NCBI GenBank assembly: GCA_043813365.1
Contig: JBDRLB010000046.1
Coordinates: 1 to 39,283, forward strand
Reading direction: 5' to 3'
Length of the DNA stretch: 39,283 bases
Source: Candidatus Micrarchaeota archaeon
GTDB lineage: Archaea; Micrarchaeota; Micrarchaeia; Norongarragalinales; SBBD01
In this document: in pieces, positions 10,501-15,834 of the stretch
How positions within the stretch are numbered: the stretch's first letter is position 1
Layout of the letters: each line of letters begins with the position of its first letter
Position numbers and translations under genes: made by a program
The notes under the pieces: generated by a model
The model's database searches: none
Told to the model about the DNA's origin: nothing
The model's input: only the letters and a program-made list of their open reading frames with translations

Positions 10501-12572
10501 CGCTCTACGATGGATCTTTTCTGGAAATTCGCAACGAGCTTCAGGTAGTAGTAGCCGGGCCGCAGCGCCCTTGTTGCAGGAAGCCGGAATTCCTTCTCGT
10601 TCCCGAAATCCCGCAAGGATACCTCCGTTTCATTGCCATCCGGCGCAACAAGGAACACGCGGAACCTTCCGCTTTCTATGAGGCGGTTCTCATCGTCCTG
10701 GAAGGTCATCCGGAAGACTATTTCCTCCCCAATTTTGTAGGATTTCTTCTTCCCGAACGAGAGCACTCGGAATTTGGTCGGCTTTTTCCTCAATTTGGAG
10801 GCGTTAAACTCGGTCATGTTCAGCTCCGTAAAATTGAGGTCGGTCGCATTGAGCTCGGATTCGTTTAATGATTCATTCGAAGGTTCGTTGATGATTGAGG
10901 TGAGGTTTGCCAGCAGGAAGGTTGATTCGTTGATGAAGAAGAGCGGCTCGGAATACTCCGTGTAGTTTGTAAGGTTCAGTATGAGGGAATGGAAGCCGAT
11001 TGTGAGGTTCGTGATGTTTGCAGGCGTCTGGTTGCGGTATTCGCCATCAATGAAAATATCGGCAAGGGAGGGGGAGGACTCGATGAACAATGTTCCGTTT
11101 GTTTCGTTTCCGGTTTGGTTCAGTTCGCTTATTGCGATGATAGTTCCCGTTGCATTGGAGCCGTTGAGGAAGGCGTTTTCGTCCCGGGGGAAAATTGCAG
11201 TAAGGTTGTAAGTTCCTTCCGAAAGGTTAAGTGTGAAGTTTGCTGAGCCGTTTCCATCCGTAATGGAGGACGCATATGCAACGGAATTCACCTCCAACTC
11301 AATTTGCATGCTTTCAATCGGGGAGCCATCCGATTGTTTGGAAAGCAATGCATGGATTCCAAAATTCTTATTTGCAGGGTAGAAAGCATTTGCCATCAAA
11401 TTCAACTGCGTCAATTGGAAGATGCCGTTCTGGGGTTCGGGGGAAGGCGAGACGGTTGCGTTTATGGAGGGAGAGGGGGAAATGGTCGCATTGATGGAAG
11501 GTTCTGGCGAGGCGGATGCACTGGGGGAAGCGGTGGCATTGATTGAAGGCTCGGGTAAAACGGTCGGTTCGATTGTGGCAGTAGGAGTCGGAGTTATGGA
11601 ACCGGCTGGGGAAGGTGAAATGGAGGGAGTGGGCATCGGGGAGGGAAGTTCGGAGGGAGTTGGGGAGAAAGTTGGAGTGGGCATCGGGGAAATGTTCGGG
11701 GAGGGCATTATTGTGGGGGAAGGCGAAATTTCAGTTGTGGGGGAAGGAGTGGAGCTGGAGGTTGGGGAAGGTGAAATCGAAGGGGTAGGCATGGGGGAGG
11801 GGGTATCTGAAGGCGTAGGTGAAAAAGTGGGAGTGGGCATCGGGGAAACCTGCGGCGAGGGAGAGGTGTTTGGCGAAGGTACCGGCGAAGGGGACGCGAC
11901 ATCTGTTGGAGTCGGGATAATTGAAACGCTGGGAAGAATGGTTGGGGAAGGAAGAACGGAAGCATCAGGGGTAGCTGTTGGGGAAATCGATGGTTCGGGA
12001 GTTGATGTCGGGAATATTGAAGGATCGGCTGTTGGGGAAGGCAGCATGGAAGGCTCCGCAGTTGTTGTGGGGGTTGGCAAATCAGTAGGAATATTGGTCG
12101 GCGAGGGAGTAAACGAATCTATTGGAATATCTGATGCCGAAGGAATTGCAGTTGGCGTAGGGATGAATGATGCTAAAATTGTCGGCAAAATATCCTCAGT
12201 CGGTGAAACGCTTGCGGAAGGCGAGGGTGCCGGAATTGGCGTAGCGGTCTGGTTGTCAATGAACCCAGCATCCAAAAGCAGCCCTCCCCCAAAGCCAAGG
12301 AAGCCTTGGAAAATCACTCCCATGAAGGAAAGCGCAAAAAGCGCGAGCATCGGGAACCCCATTGAGAATTGGGACCGCTGCCCTCCCTTGGATTTCAAAA
12401 TGGAGGTCTTTTCATCCGCCTTGTCGTCCGGCTTTATTTCCTTCAAAACCAGGTTGCCTTTCTCATCTGGGTACGGATAGAGCTCCACGCCTTTATCCCA
12501 TCCCATCAACGCCACAACGTCCTTAGGAATGGTTATGGTAAACTGGTCTCGTTTACGCTGGATAACAACCAT
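1..12572 (-). CDS. Giant (>=4190 aa, 3'-truncated by window edge) membrane-anchored surface glycoprotein with N-terminal AbrB/SpoVT-like domain, P/S/T stalk, PEGA domain, Ig/MG2-like modules and tandem ~325-aa repeats
   Basis: ATG at 12572-12570, preceded by GGGGCTTGTGAG. Manual translation gives MVVIQRKRDQFTITIPKDVVALMGWDKG..., and the same frame is open at the window edge (...NVTTDCEFEGSQASGNVIVQMQSP). None of the listed minus-strand ORFs in 1-12572 is in this frame, as expected for one stop-free ORF. Very rich in N-x-S/T sequons. PEGA-like GTLFIESSPSLADIFIDGEYRNQTP at about 11020-11100. Confidence 0.92.
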   Translation of the reverse strand, partial: MVVIQRKRDQFTITIPKDVVALMGWDKGVELYPYPDEKGNLVLKEIKPDDKADEKTSILKSKGGQRSQFSMGFPMLALFALSFMGVIFQGFLGFGGGLLLDAGFIDNQTATPIPAPSPSASVSPTEDILPTILASFIPTPTAIPSASDIPIDSFTPSPTNIPTDLPTPTTTAEPSMLPSPTADPSIFPTSTPEPSISPTATPDASVLPSPTILPSVSIIPTPTDVASPSPVPSPNTSPSPQVSPMPTPTFSPTPSDTPSPMPTPSISPSPTSSSTPSPTTEISPSPTIMPSPNISPMPTPTFSPTPSELPSPMPTPSISPSPAGSITPTPTATIEPTVLPEPSINATASPSASASPEPSINATISPSPSINATVSPSPEPQNGIFQLTQLNLMANAFYPANKNFGIHALLSKQSDGSPIESMQIELEVNSVAYASSITDGNGSANFTLNLSEGTYNLTAIFPRDENAFLNGSNATGTIIAISELNQTGNETNGTLFIESSPSLADIFIDGEYRNQTPANITNLTIGFHSLILNLTNYTEYSEPLFFINESTFLLANLTSIINEPSNESLNESELNATDLNFTELNMTEFNASKLRKKPTKFRVLSFGKKKSYKIGEEIVFRMTFQDDENRLIESGRFRVFLVAPDGNETEVSLRDFGNEKEFRLPATRALRPGYYYLKLVANFQKRSIVEREVPIDETEDPGMTANGKAASESSGSESSAGGDVPPASAPRTRIVREEVIEDIADEGEEDGFALGLVNINSDKGIYSPGETANITIGVLANEGYRIDSANVTAIITSPSGSIRTFSTMAGDIIDNSDGSYSLIYPVNEVGTYSVHAFAIRFDVDADSSTGFSVLSNYDFDIIRTAPTVMYPDAEKMHIMVIAKRAVTDAIFLEPVSSNLTLYPSSLNYTETNDTKIITWELGNMAAGETRLLEYTFLPPEVYPREYLFGPAKIFHSDGNFTEGRSWSVAVDDWGFILDFSFYHNMTATVGSSPYPWDPLTLCANQNYTLNLTIINLHSSADTSEPTYLQSSPGITFVNLPSNGFTFFNGDSNPHTMYLCDCDGNAAAQCADPRYGSQNTLYYFHTPNAVGSYNLRAYMIQRNGVVLYLSNRKAINIQNCTDIGLANRDIAVKGPDGTKDVLIAGSTNTITVPLFNYKVNSINNTNVTVNIYQGTTLQNWWFRDGNSKMVNFSASANGTNPSFSEKVVRFRLEIPDSADVALTYKAKINVTWATGSREFEHTFTLQPAPVVIYTSMTDYTSDTVDADANERLNQTITFCNYGDQIINATLREECPGSYACRASNLPNTYPAADLVSEGLIEWYNIILGPSECYSGQLMYYWADENPGSFNFIQTVIWDNDQQAVEEFRTLTQYSGDNPSPATVISTDGSVYSGNITLRRNATNHIYIYTRNWGGNGGVTNIRMLLPHLYLPPGFQRPFSFTNAVPLPGYPIGSVEEGWTVKFASFGELAEGGGTFTYDFYVNLSDSPDYIPGGKHIWQSVRGNVDSALPLQYRDDDIHFAAQVQGPYVKMVRSYYDTDASDWVEGFPTSLGCTTLNTSLKVLNKGNQNLWSFNVTELHPSSITTANYTPTPKQTGTNFITWGNTTAFNKSGIANVSFYNYSFTTPLGIYYQQIFEGTAVNGSGTANYYGQNYSVNLICTDTPLFENYSVTPGTSGFGFKKYFSVMVYSNFHNLTVNLTSSLDGSSNWTVLNSTYVVSQGQWALVNFTQSFSCDEVGSSYYNFTAYDTDGNVNTTPVNLQTVFTVSKDTLQFNLVFGNNSLSNRSGSNLALLGMRVNDTNGTYIGDLGINFSVTTDGSTYGPANLTPTNSSGYANLYFNATCSPTEYQSRPDQKWKATLAGSGCYNDISSDIYALQVKGFLNNNVTNPKGDTNFTEPAPILDQGNVRDDCGNYISPLEDPTIQVTFNHTDNTTHYSCAGTSLGGGFYECTLQTTNKFGGYYNVTMNATASKYYPAFFTKVGSDPWYLYYLFAKAKLTDWHSAPLSEGWGRQFNYSVNMTAPVYNVPVTGHLYFGTVSDPVQLTLETLPAQSCVGVNCANYTINWTRTFSCENPPGTSDVGTWFYKYLANTTEQINSETAVNSTVVEKDDVVVTHVSGNNTIANRSGEQHVRLVINVTDTDRNLMAGDPYSTVYFNVTTNGIANQSEGSNTTNASGTADFYFNATCNNSAGIQKWFAFTTSNTCYKDYLSKEYVLQVYGDFQFAISTSNGTGNDVVIGENVTFTLTTTDECNNIVANATAGFTAIGFYNTTYCGGANLVNYSNGTYSCTLNTSDLAPGYFNVRANATKEFYNGNATTAANVFRLLSPINTEPILLNITAYPDPAGWGEQLNFSAYVRDAENQNVLVTLSNGNASSGPFSYINETVCPNCLGNIINFTIDHTFTCSDIGMKFFIFNGTDELYANGSSEVGNWTIQRDNVSIYYVSGNNTNVTRNNGSTVLSLYAYDTDNRSMAYNGSAAIWVTTNGASFGNGNYSWTNSSGNFSIAFKPSCSYGAGTQLWRGGIASDGCFFDSNSTINYAINIIGALNVNISVPYGINVTPGQNVTIRGNLTDDCGNLVSGATVNFLVQDGAAPVLCPIVYDEGDGFYNCSLNTTSLSGGNYFVTMNGSKLYYGNKTAVLHDAFHMQTAPTLANPLANTSSVYWGGTILFNVTVSDKDDVVSVNLWEKNASGDEYVLIQTQICTNCSGQNMTFTDDTHSACTDFGTWTFKFNATDSTGETVQTTTGNFDLTRRDLIDIYQQGNESSVHRITNTTFLATRFVDSVDPTQYLASGVTATLFVTKDGTTYQVDGTNNTINGLASRRFDPTCTTAVGLQKWKFGVPQTNCYLTANSSVYNVTVITNQLNNNITRPLNGTCYVPGEQIIINGTVADECSGVALAVVAFTVGTGAGSSCGSTTNVYQGNYSCVWNSIGRNYGLYNVTLNSSKTDYYNGSNTTIHALRLSSVPMVYDPIIDIPAEGWGVNRTFNVTVLDLAGGDVNVSLWARAGGSSAWILRASQMCDSCSEARNLTFTDVYFTCSNLVSNATWEYKFNATVNLCYTFGNETATTTFSLQKDDINLSLDTYGTSVYRVGDSAIALSSRIFDLDRNVFVSSGANGTIWVTTSGGSYDGGNHTQTNTSGYINALFNPSCTYKAESHYWRAGVFNDVCYKTTNSSEAGFDVTGQAQVGLELPNRWDEYNVTNNILLRFNVTSECIDEEGFLNGSVTNITLTNEDTSDLTYCSPIENETIGYYNCTWPSSESMQGNYSVTINATAEYYNSNSTLYQNWFYLKNLLTNASDLNVSTIEAGWGSSFQFNVTIDDPEDESITCQLFTNTTGEWVYRGYGAVPLGQGNCSVTVDHFECGDISNESQFMFQIINGEPANTFNTSIGPLFNVTRDALTLALVAGDGSYVNRSGGNSTALIISAYDDDWGRYAPTASGITWITTDGVNFDDGNATSTNSSGHLEVLFNPSCSYSPGPQNWMAGISDSCYYDINTINYTATILGGLTNNFTYPYGPEVLRGANVTINATVIDDCNAPVADANVNISIRHNNSLTVYLCSGVTNSSPGNYTCYLNTSSYKAGAYNITMNSSKPYHNIEPSNAEYVPNLQGLWVETVPEFNGVVAIPQVGGWGETFTLLANITDEDNDTITVYAFIRQLSPSLGEYTFVQQVTKQGVNQSVNFTKTFSSADLGDWALMFNSTEDDVWNATSSEYNFSIERDDTRVDYYAGNYSTVSRLGTNYTTFITKVEDTDKPSNKVASEEAHVWWTNNSVFGTGAQVYTNGSGYINYNFNPGCDTGVGIQQWKAGLLNESGLYKPSNSTQFNVTITSEFYATLSAPLNVTYIKGVDNINLRANVTDSGGCGRVSGATVVMSPLDGVSCTGTDEQQGYYNCTIANTTTTTWAYGWYNVTINVSRSYYSNYSTMQNLSFYIASRPQLSSPSVTPGAEGWGAQFNFTVTTTDLDDNNVTVYLFKRKSGGNWTYLQEQTCGPCNAQELLFVQEFNNTDVGGSEYFFNATDVYGYNASTSPIAFTINRDAVSIDIETDPNILVDREGSDSIPLVLRVYDQTRSLYVDDGVNGTFFITVDGENYAPSINVTTNTSGHLAHYFDPDCTYAAMPQKWKGGVQNDAYYTSSLTSNFTVNVTGQLKNELLIPANGSEYNTSNLVPIRLNVTTDCEFEGSQASGNVIVQMQSP
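11430..12260 (-). repeat. Pro/Ser/Thr-rich low-complexity stalk (~270 aa) with an internal 156-bp duplication
   Basis: Translation SPSPMPTPTFSPTPS...; GGGGAAGGTGAAAT...GGAGTGGGCATCGGGGAAA occurs at 11608 and at 11764. Confidence 0.85.
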
Positions 12573-12640
12573 TTTCTACTCACAAGCCCCGCAGTTTCAT
12601 TCATTAATTTTGGCTGGTTTTTAAATTTAATCGAAGATGG

Positions 12641-12900
12641 ATTTAACGGGTAAAATAATACTGCAAAACCCGTATTTAAACCTGCTTGAAGCAATAAAAG
12701 AACCCTGAAATTAAAACCGTATTTAAAAAGGCGCTTTTAAACCCGCATTTTTGGAAAAATTGGTGCTTGACGAACTTCAATTCAATTTTTAACGAAGCGG
12801 GTTTTTCGGCTTCACCGATTTTGGCTGCATTAAATTTTCCGCCCCAACCGCTGGTGTTCTTACGACGTAAAATGCACTACGAAAGAGCAAAGCTTATATA
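12641..12900. promoter_or_regulatory. AT-rich divergent promoter region with repeated AAACC(C)GTATTTAAA motifs and a TATA box
   Basis: AAAACCCGTATTTAAA 12665-12680, AAAACCGTATTTAAA 12713-12727, AAACCCGCATTTTT 12739-12752; purine-rich BRE-like run plus TTATATA at 12894-12900 upstream of the + gene at 13017. Confidence 0.5.
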
Positions 12901-13016
12901 CCGGAATTTTTTTTACTTGTTTCCCACCTGGGGATCACTGGCTGCAAACTGCCAAACCCCAAAATATAGTATTCTTCGGCTAGGCCCGTGGAATGCTTTC
13001 ACAGAGATGATGCAAG

Positions 13017-13622
13017 ATGAGAAAAACGAGGATGGTGTTCGGAGCAGCTGCTGTGCTGCTACTTCTTGGGATAATAAACCAAGTGGTAGGCGGTGCGGTA
13101 GTATCCGATAACACCAACGTAGCTGTCCCTGCTGACAACGGGACATCTACGCTATTGAACGTGACAACAAGAATGCAGCAATACGTCGGCTTCTTCGGGA
13201 ACGTCACAGCAGAAGTCAGGCTGAACGTGACCGTGAATTCCGGCACGCTCTACAGGAAGGACGTAGACCGGGGGAAGATATACTTCTTCGACACCGGCGC
13301 AACCCCGACAATGCCATTCGTGCCTGCATTGAACAACTCGGAAACGGACGGGAACTTCTCGCTGACCGGGTTCTATGTCACAGGAAACCACTTCATATAC
13401 AACAATACGGTATGTGGTGTTGTTTCGGTTGATCACCTGAACACAAGTGACAACTACATGGTCGGCATATTCAGGGATGCGGCAGCAGCGCCGAATTACT
13501 TCATATGCACGGATATCCGACCGGTATCCTCAAGTACCGGATTCGGGGCAGTAGAGTTCCAAGCCGTTGTGCCCAAGACCGGGCTGTATATGGCATATGA
13601 TGTGTGGATAGACTTCGAGTGA
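13017..13622 (+). CDS. Secreted beta-rich hypothetical protein (201 aa)
   Basis: Basic-hydrophobic signal peptide MRKTRMVFGAAAVLLLLGII; multiple sequons; two Cys; QYVGFFGNV motif; aromatic C-terminal strand YDVWIDFE; T-tract downstream. Confidence 0.85.
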   Translation: MRKTRMVFGAAAVLLLLGIINQVVGGAVVSDNTNVAVPADNGTSTLLNVTTRMQQYVGFFGNVTAEVRLNVTVNSGTLYRKDVDRGKIYFFDTGATPTMPFVPALNNSETDGNFSLTGFYVTGNHFIYNNTVCGVVSVDHLNTSDNYMVGIFRDAAAAPNYFICTDIRPVSSSTGFGAVEFQAVVPKTGLYMAYDVWIDFE

Positions 13623-13653
13623 GCAGAAAGAGGCTCACATTTTTTTATTTTTT
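13621..13653 (+). terminator. Probable archaeal oligo-T terminator
   Basis: GAGC...GCTC mini-hairpin followed by TTTTTTTATTTTTT immediately after the stop at 13622. Confidence 0.5.
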
Positions 13654-13877
13654 ACATTCGCCTAGCCAAGAGCATGGAAAAAATGGGTTGACTGTTCGGC
13701 TTTTGACAACCCTTAGGGGCAGCTCGTTCATCGGGCTGCCCCTAATTGTTTTTTATGTATAAAATAAAATTAGGGGAAGAATTCAATATTGATTTGAAAT
13801 TAAAGGGGGATGCTTCCAATGTAAGCAGGGGGTTTGGGCAGTTGATAAGAACTAAGGGGGATGTGCCCCCTTGGGTC

Positions 13878-14897
13878 TTATGCTGACTCCTCCTCCTTCT
13901 GCTCCACCAGCCGCAGTTTTGCAAGGAGCTTCCGGATCTTCGGCATGTCCTCCTCGGCTATTTTTTTCGGGGAGCGCAGCCGGTAATAGATCGCTACTGC
14001 AAGCGCGATGATGCATACAGCAGCTGCAATATAAATGAAAATCGGGGGGAACAGGGGCGGCCGGCGGTTGATGTTGCTCTTTATCGAATCCGCTTTGAGG
14101 CTTATGAGCACAAATGATTCTGGCGAAGGCATTTCCCCTATAGCCAAATCCTTCTCGTAATTGGAGAGCTGGTATTCGAGCACCATGAGATCGCGGGATT
14201 GCTGCGTAAGCCATTCATCCTGCTCCCCATAATGCTTTTGCGCTGCCTTTAGGGCAACGGTAGCGTTAATGAAAACTGCTGCAGCCGGGTAATAGTAGGG
14301 CATGATCCTATCGTAACGCATGAACAGGTCCCTGAGCCCTGCATCCTTCAAATCAAAAGATTCGGAGAGCTTATCTATGGATGCTTGTGACTTCACCCGC
14401 CTGAGGTTGAGGAGGTTGCTTTCCATATTGGAAAGATCCCCATCGACTTTCACGAATTCAACTTCCCGGAACTGTCTTGTCTTGATGATGAAATCCTGGC
14501 GTATCGCCTTAAGCTCCGTGAGGGAGCCTTCCCTTTCGAATGCGGCCCGCTTGCCGTTCGCCTCGATGAGGCGCGGTTCCAGTTGGGTGATAATGGAAAT
14601 TGCGGAGAAGTTGAGCCCGAGCGTCTCGTTGTCACAGCCCCGGTAGCCCCTCCGTATGTATTCCCCGATCACATCCTCAACCATAGTTGGAGGAACGGGG
14701 TAAAGGTCGTCCTTCTCCTCCAGCAAAACCGAGGGGATGCAGTTGATGAATATCAAGTAAAACGAAGAGTTGAGTGCATAGAAATTTGCAACAGTATGGT
14801 TCTCGTTCTGCCTTATATAAAGCGAAATCTGGTCTTCGGTTGTAAGCGCCAAAACGGATGTTGCGAGCAAAAAAACAAAAACGAGGAGTTTCATCAT
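13878..14897 (-). CDS. Single-pass membrane protein with signal peptide, helical/coiled-coil ectodomain and charged cytoplasmic tail
   Basis: MMKLLVFVFLLATSVLA signal (alternative TTG start at 14921); heptad-like helical region; C-terminal TM IFIYIAAAVCIIALAVAIYY followed by RLRSPKK... Confidence 0.8.
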   Translation of the reverse strand: MMKLLVFVFLLATSVLALTTEDQISLYIRQNENHTVANFYALNSSFYLIFINCIPSVLLEEKDDLYPVPPTMVEDVIGEYIRRGYRGCDNETLGLNFSAISIITQLEPRLIEANGKRAAFEREGSLTELKAIRQDFIIKTRQFREVEFVKVDGDLSNMESNLLNLRRVKSQASIDKLSESFDLKDAGLRDLFMRYDRIMPYYYPAAAVFINATVALKAAQKHYGEQDEWLTQQSRDLMVLEYQLSNYEKDLAIGEMPSPESFVLISLKADSIKSNINRRPPLFPPIFIYIAAAVCIIALAVAIYYRLRSPKKIAEEDMPKIRKLLAKLRLVEQKEEESA

Positions 14898-14948
14898 GAA
14901 GAGGGTAAGTGCATCGGGCAAGAAAAAGGTTTGCCCCCATAAGTTACT

Positions 14949-15755
14949 TCAATCCAAGGAGGGGTAATTGATCACCCTTCTCCAGATCGAGAGGGCGCTT
15001 TCCTTGATGGAGTCGATTGCATTCAATTTCACTATCCTCTGCACCGGCAGGCCTGCGATGTGGCGGGCGACGTTCAGCAGTTCCTTCGAGGCGGGCGCGT
15101 CCGGGAATGCAAGAACAGCTGGAACCTCTGCTGCAAGCGCGCGCGGAATGGTGCTGTCTCTAGGAATGGAAGCAATTATTTGGAGGGAAAGCATCTTCTG
15201 TATCTGGTCGGCCGACATCTGGGATTCGTTCTTCTGCACCATGTTGAGCACCAGCCCGAGGTGCTTCTTGTCCTTCTCCCGGAGGAATTCCACGTACCGC
15301 AGCACATCCATTATGGAAGGCAGCGTTGGCGTTGCAACAAAAACCACTTCCTCCGAGGAGTTGAGCGCTGAGAGCGCCTCCCTTCCAAGCCCCGGGCCAG
15401 CATCGAGTATCACAAAATCATTGCTCTCGGCGAGTTTCCTTATAAGGGGCCGTAATTTTGTCAGGTCCACCCCTTCCATCTCATGCAGGTTCAATGATGC
15501 CGGAAGGATCCTGAGCCCCGAGGAATGCGCATACACCGCCTCCTCAAGTGGCATTTCCCCCCGCAAAACATGGTTGAGTGCAACCGGTGCGTGGTGCATG
15601 CCAGCTGCTATTCCCAGGTGGGAGGTTGTGATGTTGCAATCAACAACGGTGATTTTTTTTGCGAAATGCTTTGCAAGGCACACGCCTGCATTCAGCACAA
15701 CTGTCGTTTTCCCAACACCGCCCTTGCCAGAAACAACAGAAACTATCCTGCCCAT
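14949..15755 (-). CDS. minD: MinD/ParA-family P-loop ATPase
   Basis: Deviant Walker A SGKGGVGKTT, VVDCNI, ILDAGPG switch motif, LVLN; GAGGAGGGG RBS upstream. Confidence 0.9.
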   Translation of the reverse strand: MGRIVSVVSGKGGVGKTTVVLNAGVCLAKHFAKKITVVDCNITTSHLGIAAGMHHAPVALNHVLRGEMPLEEAVYAHSSGLRILPASLNLHEMEGVDLTKLRPLIRKLAESNDFVILDAGPGLGREALSALNSSEEVVFVATPTLPSIMDVLRYVEFLREKDKKHLGLVLNMVQKNESQMSADQIQKMLSLQIIASIPRDSTIPRALAAEVPAVLAFPDAPASKELLNVARHIAGLPVQRIVKLNAIDSIKESALSIWRRVINYPSLD

Positions 15756-15834
15756 TTTCCCCTCCTCGGAAAAAATAACCCTGAAGGGTTATTTAAGTGC
15801 ATGCAAAATCAAATGAGAGCACATGCATGATTTT

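Noticed and set aside
9..11546. Dozens of short ORFs on both strands in the first 11.5 kb
   Set aside because: All overlap the continuous giant ORF in other frames and show no recognisable motifs.
11422..12480. 352-aa + strand Gly/Glu/Val-rich ORF (GEGVGEG...)
   Set aside because: Antisense shadow of the Pro/Ser/Thr stalk of the giant minus-strand gene: CCN codons read as GGN in the offset frame.
12429..12572. Classical MazE/VapB antitoxin of a toxin-antitoxin pair
   Set aside because: No stop follows the domain and no PIN- or MazF-like toxin ORF is adjacent; the frame continues into the TM and surface protein.
14968..15816. 282-aa + strand ORF opposite minD (and similar antisense ORFs over pyrG, secF and secD)
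   Set aside because: Antisense shadows of well-supported genes.
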